From Torpedo marmorata (Eukaryota): a stretch of DNA of 64,000 bases. Shown here piece after piece: positions 1 to 11,566 of the stretch (position 1 is its first letter; every line of letters starts with the position of its first letter). The notes under the pieces were generated by a model. It was not told where the DNA came from. It saw nothing but the letters and a program-made list of their open reading frames with translations, and did no database searches. Where the stretch lies: assembly GCA_977017645.1 (NCBI GenBank), contig OZ360247.1, positions 14,012,001 to 14,076,000 on the forward strand, given 5' to 3'. Position numbers and translations under genes: made by a program.

Positions 1-752
1 ACCTTCTAACCCCGCATGTCTATGGAACTGAGGACAGAGATCATTGTGTCTGCTCTGGTCTGGGGTGCCTCTGCCTGGTGCTGTAGTAAAGACTACAGCT
101 GGCCAAAGCAAGTCAATGCACTTATCGGAGATAAGTCAGAGGCCCAGATCATCCCTCGAAACACTGGTGTTTGCTCGTGTGGAGGTTATCTGGGTAGCAT
201 TCTGGTTGGAGTGAAAGAGTGTGTCTGCTCCATGTTGCTACATAAAAACTTAATGTAAGAAGCAGATATCATCAAGGAAACAATGGCTTGACTTTTACCT
301 CGATTCCTCTTCACTTCATAAACCTCCTAATTATGTAATTGGCTTAATATCCAAAAAACCTATCGATCTATATCTTGAATATACTCAGCGACTGAACCCC
401 AATAGCCTTCCAAATATTCACCTCCCTCCGGGTGAAGATATTCTCTTCCCATCCCTCATGTCCAGCCTGTTTCCTTGAGACAGTGTCTTGTGGTTGCACA
501 CATCTAAGCCAAGGGAACATCATCACTGCATCTACCTGCCAAGTCCATTGAGATCACTGGTTTGCCTTGTATATTAACTGCTCTGTCCCTGGAGAACCTA
601 CTTTGAACTCCCTCCACTGCAATACTTCATTCCTCAGCTGGTCAGGTCAGACCTGTACACGGTATTTCAGCTGAGTAATCGCAGGAAGTGCCTTTGCTCT
701 TTCTCGAAAGGCCACTGTACCTTAATTGCTTGATATAGGTGCAAATTTGTCT

Positions 753-1483
753 CAATAGACAATAAGTGCATGAGTAGGCCATTCGGCCCTTCGATCACGG
801 CTGATCATCCACAATCAGTACCCCGTTCCTGCCGTCTCCCCATATCCCTTGACTCCGCTATCTTTAAGAGCTCTATCTAACTCTTTCTTGAAAGCATCCA
901 GAGAATTGGCCTCCACTGCCTTCTGAGGCAGAGCATTCCACAGATCCACAACTCTCTGGGTGAAAAAGTTTTTCCTCAACTCCGTTCTAAATGGCCTACC
1001 CCGTATTCTTAAACTGTGGCCTCTGGTTCTCGACTCCCCCAACATCGGGAACATGTTTCCTGCCTCTAGCATGTCCAATCCCTCAATAATCTTATATGTT
1101 TCAATCTGATCCCCTCTCATCCTTCTAAATTCCAGAGTATACAAGCCCAATCGCTCCAATCTTTCAACATATGACAGTCCCGCCATCCCGGGAATCAACC
1201 TCGTGAACCACTCCTTCAATAGCAAGAATGTCCTTCCTCAAACCTGGAGACCAAAATTGCACACAATACTCCAGGTGTGGTCTCACCAGGGCCCTGTACA
1301 ACTGCAGAAGGACCTCTTTGCTCCTATACTCAACTCCCCTTGTTATGAAGGCCAACATGCCATTAGCTTTCTTCACTGCTTGCTGTACCTGCATGCTTAC
1401 TTTCAGTGACTGATGAACAAGGGCACCTAGATTTCATTGTACTTCCCCTTTTCCTAACTTGACACCATTCAGATAGTAATCTG
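753..1483 (-). mobile_element. CR1-clade LINE 3' fragment, within older CR1 remnants (about 290-1800)
   Basis: ORFs 1164-1394 and 815-1225 encode the CR1 ORF2 C-terminus (LVRPHLEYCVQFWSP, FFTQRVVxLWNALP). CR1-type 3' tail near 753-800. Confidence 0.9.
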
Positions 1484-1887
1484 CATCCAGATCACTGATA
1501 CCGATAGGGAACAGCTGAGGCCCCTGCACCACTCCGTCTGGCACTCTACCAGTCACAGCATTCCGATTCAAAAATAACCCATTTATTGCTGTTCAGCAAC
1601 CAACTCTCAGTAAATGCCTGTGTATTCCCCCTCCAAACCCACGTCTTCCAATTTTGCCTCTTGCATAGAAAGGTTTTCAAAGATACACCACATCCTCTGG
1701 TTCACTCTCATCTATTTTGCCAGCTGTAACCTCAAAAATCTCCAACAGATTTCTCAAAAGGGTTTTTGCATTTTGATACTGCCCTATCCAATAAATGGTA
1801 ACTTGTTCCCAACAGCTGGCAGCAGTCGGACTGGCCTGCCGTTCCTTGTTTTTTCTCTCCCTCTTGTTTTTGCTGCTTTCCAATCTG

Positions 1888-2110
1888 TAAGAACATAATA
1901 GGAGCAGGAGTCACCCATCGAGCCTGCAAGATCGTTCAATAAGATCGTGGCTGATCTGGCCCTGGACAGCGCCACCTAACTCCCTTTTCCCCATAACCCT
2001 TCATTCCCCTACGATGAAAAACTCTATCTAACTGTGTCTTAAGTAGATTTAATGATTGCAGCCTCTTCTGCTTCCTTTGACAGAGAATTCCACAGATTTC
2101 CTTGGAGAAG
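1888..2110 (-). mobile_element. Old CR1 3'-end fragment
   Basis: taagaacataataggagcaggagt... tail and degenerate C-terminal coding sequence. Confidence 0.6.
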
Positions 2111-2394
2111 CAGTCTGTGCGAGCAGGATTAAATCTGATATTTTGGAAGGTGTCAACCAGTCCATTGCCCTTTTCACAGCCCCCTCCTGCACAACTGTTA
2201 CTTCCTTTTACCACAATTTATTTCTCCAATAATGTTAAACCAATTGTAATTTTTTTCAGCTACTTGGTCATTCCAGATCTCTCCACTATTTCTGTATCTC
2301 CCTGCCATGAAGACATTAGTTTAATTTCCTTAATATGTTCTTTTCACCAACATAATCATTCCTAACTCCAGAAGGAGCCTGAATGACCTTTTAA

Positions 2395-2760
2395 GTAGAA
2401 CGTAGAAGAGCACAGCACATGAACAGGTCCTTCACCCCATGTGTCTGCTCCACACACGATGCACGTTAAACTAAACTCTGTGCTTGCATGTGAAATGTAT
2501 CCCTCTATTATCTGCATATTCTATCCAGAAGCCTCTGAAACGCTCCCATTGGACCTGTTCCCACCACGACTCCTGGCAGCCTGTCCCAGGCTCTTGCCTC
2601 TCCCTGTGGAAACAAAAACTCACCCCGCACATCTTCTTTCAAATTTTCCCCCACCTTAAACGTACGTCCTCCAGTATGTGACACTTTTACCCCGGGGAAA
2701 AAAGCTCTGGCTGTCTACCACATCAATGCCTCTCATAATTTTATACTCTTCTATCAGGAT
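2395..2760 (-). mobile_element. Old CR1 3'-end fragment
   Basis: Resembles the reverse complement of the CR1 3' end at 13340-13690 (ggctgtctacc..atgcctctcataatttta). Confidence 0.6.
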
Positions 2761-3102
2761 TTTTTTTATGCTTCCAACAGGATTTTGTAAACTTCTGTCA
2801 ACTTCTAACAAACTTCGTTTGTATTTCTTTCACACGTTGGTAGAAATGTTCCAGCATTACCATTTCTCATTAACCTGCTCAAGTAATCTTTCCTTTTCCT
2901 TCAATTTCTTCAATTTCCTCCTTTGTAGGTCCTTCCTAATTTGTCCCCTGTGTGGGGAAGTGTTTAAATCTTTCAGTTTGCAGGTTGTTCAGACTTTGGA
3001 CCGCTTTATTATGGAAGCACAGAGCTTCAGAAGAACAGAATGGAAACGTGGACTCTGCATTTATTTATTTTTTGTCTTTCTTCCCAATCTCTGGTCTGTC
3101 AG

Positions 3103-3222
3103 GTGTTTCAGAGAAGCCCCGTGCCAGTTTCAGGTTCGAGAGCAGTAGGTCAGGGCCTGGCAACATTGCCCACCACAGATCCCAGGGCTTGCAGGGCTTG
3201 CCCACCATCTGGAGGACGGAAG
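3103..3222 (+). CDS. SRCIN1: SRCIN1-like internal coding exon (40 aa, VFQRSPVP...SGGRK), phase 0/0
   Basis: Polypyrimidine tract plus tgtcAG acceptor (3101-3102) and AAG|gtaaag donor (3223). The 120 nt are open. The VFQRS start resembles the VFERS/AFQK segment that follows 'IIAELE/IMAELQ' in SRCIN1/KIAA1217 long isoforms (recalled). Confidence 0.65.
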
Positions 3223-3895
3223 GTAAAGCCTTGTGGCTTCAAACTTCTTCTGAGCACGACTCTAACTCGCCTGCTTACACCTCCCCGACTAACTGCCGAT
3301 GCTAGCACTCCCTCCTCACTACTTCCGCTCCTCTGCTCCTTCACTGTGGCCATTCCCTGGGCCTTTTGGAGACCACTGCACACTCTGATTTTGGCACGGC
3401 ACCTCACGCAGTGCGTGTGGGACGGAACCTTTCCTGTTCACCGGTTCCCAGATAAGTCGGTGAGAAGTACCAGTGTGACTATGAGCGAGCGCAGTGGGCT
3501 TGGAGCACCATCGTAGAGTAAGAGGAAATCTGGCCCATCCTTCCCGTGCTGGGACAGTGCGTAATCAAGCTGGTGAGTTGTCCCTCGGGGAGGGAGGGGA
3601 CATTCACTGGCAGCCTTGCTCTTTTACCTCCTCCAGATAGACGAGCAATTAAAGTTCCTGCTGCCAAATCTAAGCAGTGGGATCAAACCCCAAATTATGG
3701 CAAGAACCCGAGGCAATGCTAGAAGTATAGGAAGGGCCATTCAGCCTTCTAACCTCTGCATATTTTCCATCACAACTGTCATGATACAAGCTCCTAATTG
3801 GCCTCCATTCCATTGTGTAGCCAAGCCCTCAGCAGGAGCTGTTGGCACTGCATCACCCTTCTACCTGGCAGGGTCTCAACCATTCATGTGATGCC

Positions 3896-4029
3896 CTCCA
3901 CCAGCAGAACCATCTCCACCAGCAGAACCATCTCCACCAGCAGAACCATCTCCACCAGCAGAACCTTCTCCACCATCAGAACCTTCTCCACCAGCAGAAC
4001 CTTCGCCACCAGCAAAACCTTCTCCACCT
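3896..4029 (+). repeat. 18-bp minisatellite, about 7.5 copies (CTCCACCAGCAGAACCAT/CCTT)
   Basis: Directly visible tandem units. Confidence 0.95.
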
Positions 4030-6819
4030 GCTGTTTCTGGTTGGAACGGAGCTTGAACCTTATGTCCACTTTCAAACTCATAGTTGTCCTCAGTACCGAT
4101 GTATCTTTTATCAGGAAAGATGGAAAATTTGTTTCTCAAAATACTTTCTTCCTGCAATATGTCACACTCCTCATCACCCCCAAAATTGGATGCTCACGTG
4201 AGGCCCAGAGTCAGTAAATAATGTGCGGTCACTGGCCAGTGGCCCAGCAAGGAACTGACCAGAGGGCTTCCATTTCCTTCTTCTTCCCTGTCCTCCCAAT
4301 GAACAGATGGGGAGTGGAAGCCTGTGGTGTGATTCCAAGAGGGGCAGGCATGAGCCTCTCTGCTTGCTGGCACAGCATGTTGCCATGCTAATGTGCCACT
4401 TACCCCGACGGTGCCCAAATGGAATGTTTATGGAATTGCTTGATGCACCCTCCCCAGTTTTTGCTCTTCCCCCTCTGCCTTCTGAAATTCCACACAACAA
4501 TCTTCACTCTCCTGTCACCCTTTCCTCAAGGTTCGGGCACTAACACACTCTGTATTCTATTTGCACGCAACTAGTTTACTGAAGAGATTCTGTGATTGAG
4601 GGCTTCTCTGATTGTGGGCCAGAGGGACTGAAGATGCTTAATGTTCCACTTAACACAGTTCCCTCCTAATTACATTGCTTAAATTACACTATCAATAACA
4701 CTAATCTCGTCATTACTTTCTCATCCATGTCTTTTGCCACACAGTCAATCACAGGACACGATGGATCAGCTGTGGCTGTGGTTATATGGTCAGTGAACCG
4801 TGGCCAAGTGAAGTCGGATTGACAAGGAAATGAGGAACATTTATTTAGCAGGGAAATGGCCATGTTTTTGCTGCTGGCAACTGCTCCAGTTGCGGGATGA
4901 AGCTGTCATTGTGCTAACAGAAAAAACCTCAGTTATAGTTTTAAAGATTGGCTGTGACGTAGATTCTGGAGGCTCAGGACAGAGACGACTCAATTTTTGT
5001 ACCAACAAGCAGAGTTAGAAGTGAATGATGGGAGTGGTGCTAAACTCCCCATTTGTATGATGTAACCATCCCCCCCATAGCATGGTAGCAGTAATCCTGC
5101 TGTTAGCAGAAGAATGTGTGGTCGTTTGTATTGAAGACTGCAAAACATGCGTCGGCACCTCACAGAACTACCATCAGAAAAGGTTTCACAGTGAGCCATG
5201 TTAGTGTTTGGGAGAGTCTGATCTAAAGTGATGAGATGTGGAAATATCTTCAAGGAGGAGGAAGTGGTGATTTAAGGAGGTTAGGACTCAGGAACACATA
5301 CCAACATTGGAGCGATGGAAGGAATCAGCACTTGGAGGAGTGGAGAGAGCTGGGGGAGAGCTGTTGTTGCAATAGGTTAGTGGGTGAAGAGTGAGACTGT
5401 GGAAGGATTTGCAAGCAAGGGTGGTGAAACCTGACATGAAAAAACAGTGCGTTTTCATTGGGCAGAATCCATTTGAAAGGTCTCATCAGCGCAGCAAGGT
5501 TCACACAATCACTGCAGAGCAGCATGTTAGATAAACAGTGCCAGTGTAGGAAACGGTAGGGCATAATGGGCCTCAGGATCTCCACATCAGCAGAGGGACA
5601 AACTCTCCCTTGGGTTCCTGTTCTTGAAGGATAAGTGTAGAGTGACTGAGAAGCACTCTTTCAGTTTACTGACACGCATTATTAAGGCAATCCGGTAATC
5701 CTGTGTACACGTCCTGTCAGAATTCAGATGGTGAGATGTCTTGGAGAACACCCTCCAAGATTAACCTGGGTCTGACATCACAAACAGGCTGAGAAAGGCA
5801 AGGGGATTGCTGCTGAGAGATTGGGTTGGATGCAGGGAACCAACGAGTTCATTTCCAGATAATTGCAGCGGGGACAACACCTGATTTTTAAGTGTGACCT
5901 GGGTTCTGGTTCAGCAGTGAATTAAAATTCAAACACCTTTGTGCTCCAGGGTCCTGGGAAACAGGAACACTGGAATCAAATGTTCAGGGGAGTCACAGCA
6001 TTTTATCTTTTAAAACAAAATGTTGTTTGTGGAAGAGGTGGAGGCGCCAAGGGTTGAGATCTTCAGGACAGGACGACAAACTGGGTCAGTGGTGTATTTT
6101 GGGCATGAAATGCAGAGATTAGTGGGGCGCGGTGACGAATGAGGCATTTGTTTAGGGTATGGATTGCCACACTTGCTTTAGGCAGGGATGGGCTCAGGAT
6201 TGCATTGAGCGCAGGAGTTTGTACATTGCACTGGATACAGGAGATTTCCTCAGCGTCACATGTTGGGGGTTCAGATTAGAGCAAATGTTTTGGACAGGAG
6301 TTGATGCTCGTGTTGGGGAGGTATGTTTTGTGCATGCTCATGGAGATGCATTTGGTGCATGTGTTTGGGGAGATGCATTAGAGTACTTGTTAACGAAGGT
6401 GCACTGGTGCATGTTTCAGTATTTCACACATTCATCTTAAACATTCAAAGCCAAGGCACACCACTTCCTTTAAAATAAAATCCAACTTCACAGTCCAGTA
6501 TCCAGTGAAACCTCCAGAATGAGGCCGGGGTTGGGGAATAAATGGTCCTCATTGATCAGATTGTACACTGGGAAAATTAACTTTCAAAATTACTGGGCTG
6601 TGTGATCTCCTCTCCCGTTGAATTGGTCCCATCACATTCTGATTGGTTTTGGTCCAATGAACTCAACCGAATTTCCTGCAAATTACTTTTGGAATTAACG
6701 CAGATCCTTGAAAATGTTGGAGAATATTTTATTCATAATTCTGCTTTAACAATTCAAGCTCATTTGATTAAACTACTTAGAATGCACAACCACTCAGACA
6801 ATTCAACAATAGGCAATTT

Positions 6820-7072
6820 ATTTTTTAAATTTAAATTTAAATTTTATTTGCAACACGGTAGAAGCCAATTCCAGCCATTTAAACCCGTGCCGCCCAATTA
6901 GCCTACAACCCCGAACATTTTAGAAGCTGGGAGGAAACTGGAGCACCCGGAGGAAACCCTCTCAGGCCACGGAGAAAACATACAAATTCCTTACAGACAG
7001 CAGCGGATTGGAACCCGGGTCACTGGTGCTGTAATAGCGTTGCGCTAACCGCTACGCTAACTGCGCTGCCCC
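6820..7072 (-). mobile_element. tRNA-derived V-SINE (HE1-like)
   Basis: tRNA-like head with A/B boxes, V-SINE core (ttctcc..gtg..gggtttcctccgggtgctcc.gtttcctccca), CR1-like 3' end and aaattt tail. Confidence 0.85.
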
Positions 7073-7296
7073 ACCTAATGACCTAATGTGTTGTTTTCTC
7101 ACCTTATCTCTGACGATATATGCTCATGGCAACCATGTAGTGTTCAGTGTGAGCCATGCGAGCTGTTGAGACCTGCCTTACACACTCCTCGTCACTCAGT
7201 TGATGATGACCTTGAGGCAGTGCCGGGGCAGGTGTTTGGAATAACTTTTTTTAAACTTCTGACATCGCACCGTCTAAAGCAAACTTGCAAATAAGT

Positions 7297-7570
7297 AAAA
7301 ACACAATGCTGGAGAAACTCAGCAGGTCAAACAGCGTACTTTATATAGCAAAGATAAAGATACATAACTGACATTTCGGGCTTGAGCCCTTCATCAAGGT
7401 ATGGAAAAATGTCGGTAGGCATCCGAAACCTTGATGAAGGGCTCAAGCCCGAAACGTTGGTTATGTATCTTTATCTTTGCTATATAAAGTACACTGTTTG
7501 ACCTGCTGAGTTTCTCCAGCATTGTGTTTTTACTTCAATCATGGTGTCTGCAGACTTTCATGTTTTACTT
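7297..7570 (+). mobile_element. Penelope-like pseudo-LTR fold-back mini-insertion with two hammerhead motifs
   Basis: Inverted arms of about 108 bp, a roughly 35-nt tail, and TSD CTTGCAAATAAGT (7284-96 / 7571-83). The arms closely match the pLTR attached to the GIY-YIG fragments at 40257 and 63023. Confidence 0.85.
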
Positions 7571-8525
7571 CTTGCAAATAAGTCATCCATTTGACATGGA
7601 CAGGGAGACGCTCCCACACTAGCTCCTTTCATTTGTATAGCGCCTTTAGTAAGGCAGAACCCAGGAGCATCATTCGACAAAAATTGTCACTGGGCCACAT
7701 TTGACAACATGGTGCCTGGCCAGAAGTTGATTCCAAAAATAATCTTAAAAGTTGTAAGAAATGGCCAAACCTGACAAGGGAATAAATAGCGAAATGAGAG
7801 ACTGTGGGTGTTGACATCTGGAGCAATCCAGCCAGACTGGGTCAAGTAGGTTAGAGGTGGACCAGTGAGGAATGATGGGCAGTTGAAGCCAGGTAAGGTG
7901 GTGAGGGGGACGACACAGAGGCTGGGATCTGATGTGAGTAAGGTGCTAATGGGAATCGTGAAGCGCAGATCGACCCCCCTCCCCTCGCCCATCTGCCCCT
8001 CTCAACCATCAATCCAGAGAACCAAGTTCAAATACCATCTTGGCAGGTAGGATCTGAAAGTGGAGGAATCAACCAAGTGTGGAATTGAAACAGTCTCAGG
8101 AACAGTGAACAAAGGATGTCTGATGTGGAAACCCATTTGGCTGAGTAATGTCTTGGGAGGAAGTCTGTCAGTCTGCCCTGTAGATAACAGCAGGAGGTTA
8201 ACTCAGGAGCTGCTAGGGATGGACAATAAATGCTGGCATTGGCAGTGATCAAATACATTTAGAAGCAAGGCTGGTGTGGTTCAGTGTGTGCTCACCAATC
8301 AGGCACATTGGTGGGTGTTTGGGGAGATTGAGAAGTTTTGTGATTCTCTGCAAGCTTCTGTGAATTGCTGCTGCAATCCCTGACCGCGAGGCAGCTGGAA
8401 GCCTCTGGTTTTTGGACACCGCCCTAGCTGTGGGCCAGGTACTGGGGGTGAGGACGCTCACGGTGATCCACGCTGACTAAACGCTGACTTATTCCCTTGT
8501 GTGTTATCCACGTCCATGTCTGCAG

Positions 8526-10094
8526 GAGATGCAAACCCCACGTTCCCCGGTCGCTGGCCATCTCCCTCACATTGTATTGACGGAGTGGAAACCTGGCTCC
8601 ATCTGCTCTTATGCTTCTGACGTAATGGAGCCTGTTCTTGCTGGAGAGTCAGCGAGGGCCCTTGCCAGCGTGGACAGACTTGGCCGGTCAGTGGGAAATG
8701 ATGAACCAACCGATGGGGGGATGGATGCGTCACCTGCCCAGAGTCAACAGAGTGGGTCTATTTATGAAATCTGGGCATCAGATGTCACGTCCGCCAGAGT
8801 GTTGGAAGAATTTGCACTGCTCGAAGCTTCCCTGCACCCGGATGTCCAACCTCAGAGGGACTCCCCTTCACCGGACCAGCCTCTCTCGGAAGCCCAAGGG
8901 AAGCTTCCGGAAATCTCGCCCTCCCCTCCTGTTGAGGTTTCCTCCAATCACGTCGAGGCAGAGCTGCCCGCCAACGATGGCGTAGAAAATACGGAAACTC
9001 TGATCCAAGCCTTGTCCGGGCAGGAAGGGCCGGGATCTGTGTATGAGAAAGGTGGTCTTACCCAGAGCTGGCATGTCCTTTCCTCAAAGAGGGAGAATTT
9101 GGGAAGCCCCCTGACCCCACCTGGAAGGCATCCCGAAGAGAAGTGGGTCAGAGTCTTGTTGGAGGAGGAGCCAGATGTTACCGCGTTTGAAGAACCGGTG
9201 GATATCGAATCTGCTCACAAGAGGCTATCAACTGTATTCGAAGACTGCAGTGAAGAGTTCCAGGTGGAGATGGGAGAGCAAGGTTGCATTCAGCAAGTGG
9301 CCACCTTGTCAGTCCCAACTTGTCAACCAGCAGATCCCACTTCGTCGCCCTCCGTCTCCGAGGTAGTTGACAGTTCTTTCCAGTCCTCATCAAGCGACCA
9401 CATGTCCGCAGAGGACTCAAATTGTGAAGCTGGTGCTTCTTCAGAGGAGACCCCTGGTCATTCCACTCCAGAATCCGGAACTCCAAAGGATACAGAGTGG
9501 AGAGATGGAAACTCAAGGGATGTCAGGGTCTGTTCTCCCAAGGAGCAGCTGACTGTGTTGTCCAAAACAATTGAATCGGGGAGAGAGATGGGTAGGAAAT
9601 CCTTGCGAGTCGTCGTCTACGAAGAGGAGGAGAAAATCAACAAAGTTACGGGTCGAAAGCAAACGGAATTGAAGAAGTTGAGGATCAACGAGATCGAGCA
9701 AGTCAGTAGCAGGTCGGTGAGAGACGAGGCTTCTGCGGCTTTTGCCAGAAGCCAGGAGATCAAAAACAGCACGTACAAAACCATGGACAGCCTTGAGGAG
9801 ACCATCAGGGAGTTGGAATCAACCATCTCCCAAATCAGCCAACATCCATGCACTGATTTCTTGTTTCCCAAAGAGTTTTCGTGTGAGGTGGGAGAGGAGC
9901 CTGTGGACAATGCCAGTGAAGCCACAGCCTTTAGCCCAGCCACTGAGGCACAAAGGGGAGAGGCAAGTGACGCTTCACGTTCTGCGGACCAACAGTCTCT
10001 TGTGCCCTCCGACACCAGAAAGAACACATCTCCGATCTCCAAGGTCAAGCCGGACCTCCCCCCGAAACCCCAGCTGTTGCCTCTGGATTCAAAG
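8526..10094 (+). CDS. SRCIN1: SRCIN1-like large acidic low-complexity coding exon (523 aa), phase 0/0
   Basis: Branch-like ctgactaa/gctgac near 8473-8488, ctgcAG acceptor (8524-8525), 1569-nt open frame, weak AAG|gttcca donor. Contains EIKNSTYKTMDSLEETIRELESTIS, similar to the KIAA1217/SKT-family motif EIRKNTYRTLDSLEQTIKQLENTIS, and a PDLPPKP proline motif. Confidence 0.75.
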
Positions 10095-10571
10095 GTTCCA
10101 TTTTCACTTGTCTACCCCACCCTTCTCTCTCTCTGGGCCTGCGCCCACCCTTTCTCTGGGCCACTGTGCCCCTCTTTCTTTCTGGGATCTGAGCCCCCTC
10201 TCTCTTTGGGCCCCTGTGCCCCCCTCTCTGCAGGCCTCTGCTGTAAGCGTCTGACTCCTTGCTCACACTTAACCAGTTCAGTGCTCCATTACAGTCTTTT
10301 GACAATTTGCTGCTTTTGTCCTGCTCTGGGTTTTGTTCACTTTGTGTCCTCTGGCCCCTGTGACCCGAGTCAAGATGGCGGGGGAGAACTCCTCTCGTTT
10401 CCCTCAGTCCCTCCGTCAGCTCTCCCTGCCCCCAGCTCCCTTGCTCCCGACTCCTTTCACAGCTCTCTTCACCAATCTGACGCTTCTCTCAGAATCACTG
10501 ATTTTCTGATTTTTGTCTCCAAACAAACTCTGCTGTTTAATCTTCTCTACAGCTTCATTCTTGCTGTGGGC

Positions 10572-10800
10572 GGTCGTGTGGCGTGGGCCGCGGTGTGGCG
10601 TGGGCTGCGGTGTGGTGCGGGCCAGGGTGTGGCATGGGCCAGGCTGTGGCGGTGTGGTGTGGGCCAGTGTGTGGCGTGGGCTGCGGTGTGGCATGGGACG
10701 TGACGTGTGCCGTCACAAAACGTGTGCCATCACCACGCGTGGGCCGAGACTTGGCATGGTCCGTCACCACGCGTGTGCCGAGATGTGGCGTGGGCTGTCA
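10572..10800 (+). repeat. Degenerate 17-bp GC/CpG-rich tandem repeat (GTGTGGCGTGGGCCGCG-like)
   Basis: Visible repeated units. Confidence 0.8.
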
Positions 10801-11408
10801 CCACGACTCTGCTGAGGTTCTTGGACATCCTGGGAACATGAGAAGCCGCCCCGGTTTCCCGATCGCTCAATGACCTTTAAACTTTAGTTGCCCCCAGATA
10901 ATCAGAGATCAAACAGGCTCGAGCGAAGGTTGATCCTGAACATCCTGAAGATTAATATGAGAACACTCAGCTTTCTCTCCACAGAGCTTTGGACTGGCTG
11001 CCGTAAAGGTTCCGGAGGGATAATGTAGCTAATAACCAGATAATCCAAAGTCCAGTCTTTGGTTTTGCCGAGTTGTGGAAAATATTAATTCCTTATTGGG
11101 GCAAAAACTAGATGCGTTGTTACCTCTGCCCTGGCTGTAATTCACTGACGTGGGACGAGCATGGTTGAACCCTGGATGGGGTCTGGAGACCATGTGGGGT
11201 GGTGTCTGAGACTGGGAGCAGACAGAGTGATCTCTGTCCATCCCATGTCTGCACAGGACCTCCCAGCGGGGCTTGGAGGGATGGGGGAGGGGTTGGGGGA
11301 GGATTGGTGGTGACGGCAGCAGTTGTTCAGGGATCATTCCTCGGTGGAGGGGCTCTGGCAGGGTGGGCCACGGTGCAGGGTGCTGATTGCCGCGCTCTCT
11401 GTTCCCAG

Positions 11409-11525
11409 ACCGGGGGCAGGATGCCGATTCCACCTGCTCCGAAACTCAAGCAACAGCAGAGCTGCGAGAAGCTGAGACACAACAAACAGCGCGAGGAGTT
11501 TCTGAAGCTTCAGAGCAGCCAGCAG
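11409..11525 (+). CDS. SRCIN1: SRCIN1 C-terminal coding exon (39 aa)
   Basis: ctctctgttcccAG acceptor and CAG|gtaggt donor, phase 0/0. TGGRMPIPPAPKLKQQQSCEKLRHNKQREEFLKLQSSQQ resembles SRCIN1 ...DKSKHGKQRAEYMRIQAQQQ (recalled). Confidence 0.8.
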
Positions 11526-11566
11526 GTAGGTCACCTGGCCCCAACCTGAGCTCACCTGTCCCGAAT

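Noticed and set aside
3842-4217. Several ORFs with repetitive peptides (HQQNHL, TSRTIS, GGEGSA)
   Set aside because: By-products of a stop-free 18-bp minisatellite, with no splice or homology support. Not a CRISPR array, since there are no spacers.
6820-7072. tRNA genes at SINE heads
   Set aside because: tRNA-like A/B boxes run directly into the V-SINE core and LINE-like tail, so they are not standalone tRNAs.
10095-10703. Hydrophobic C-terminal extension of the 734-aa ORF (looks like transmembrane segments)
   Set aside because: It lies after a phase-0 donor and translates CT-rich intron plus a tandem repeat. The conserved protein continues at 11409.
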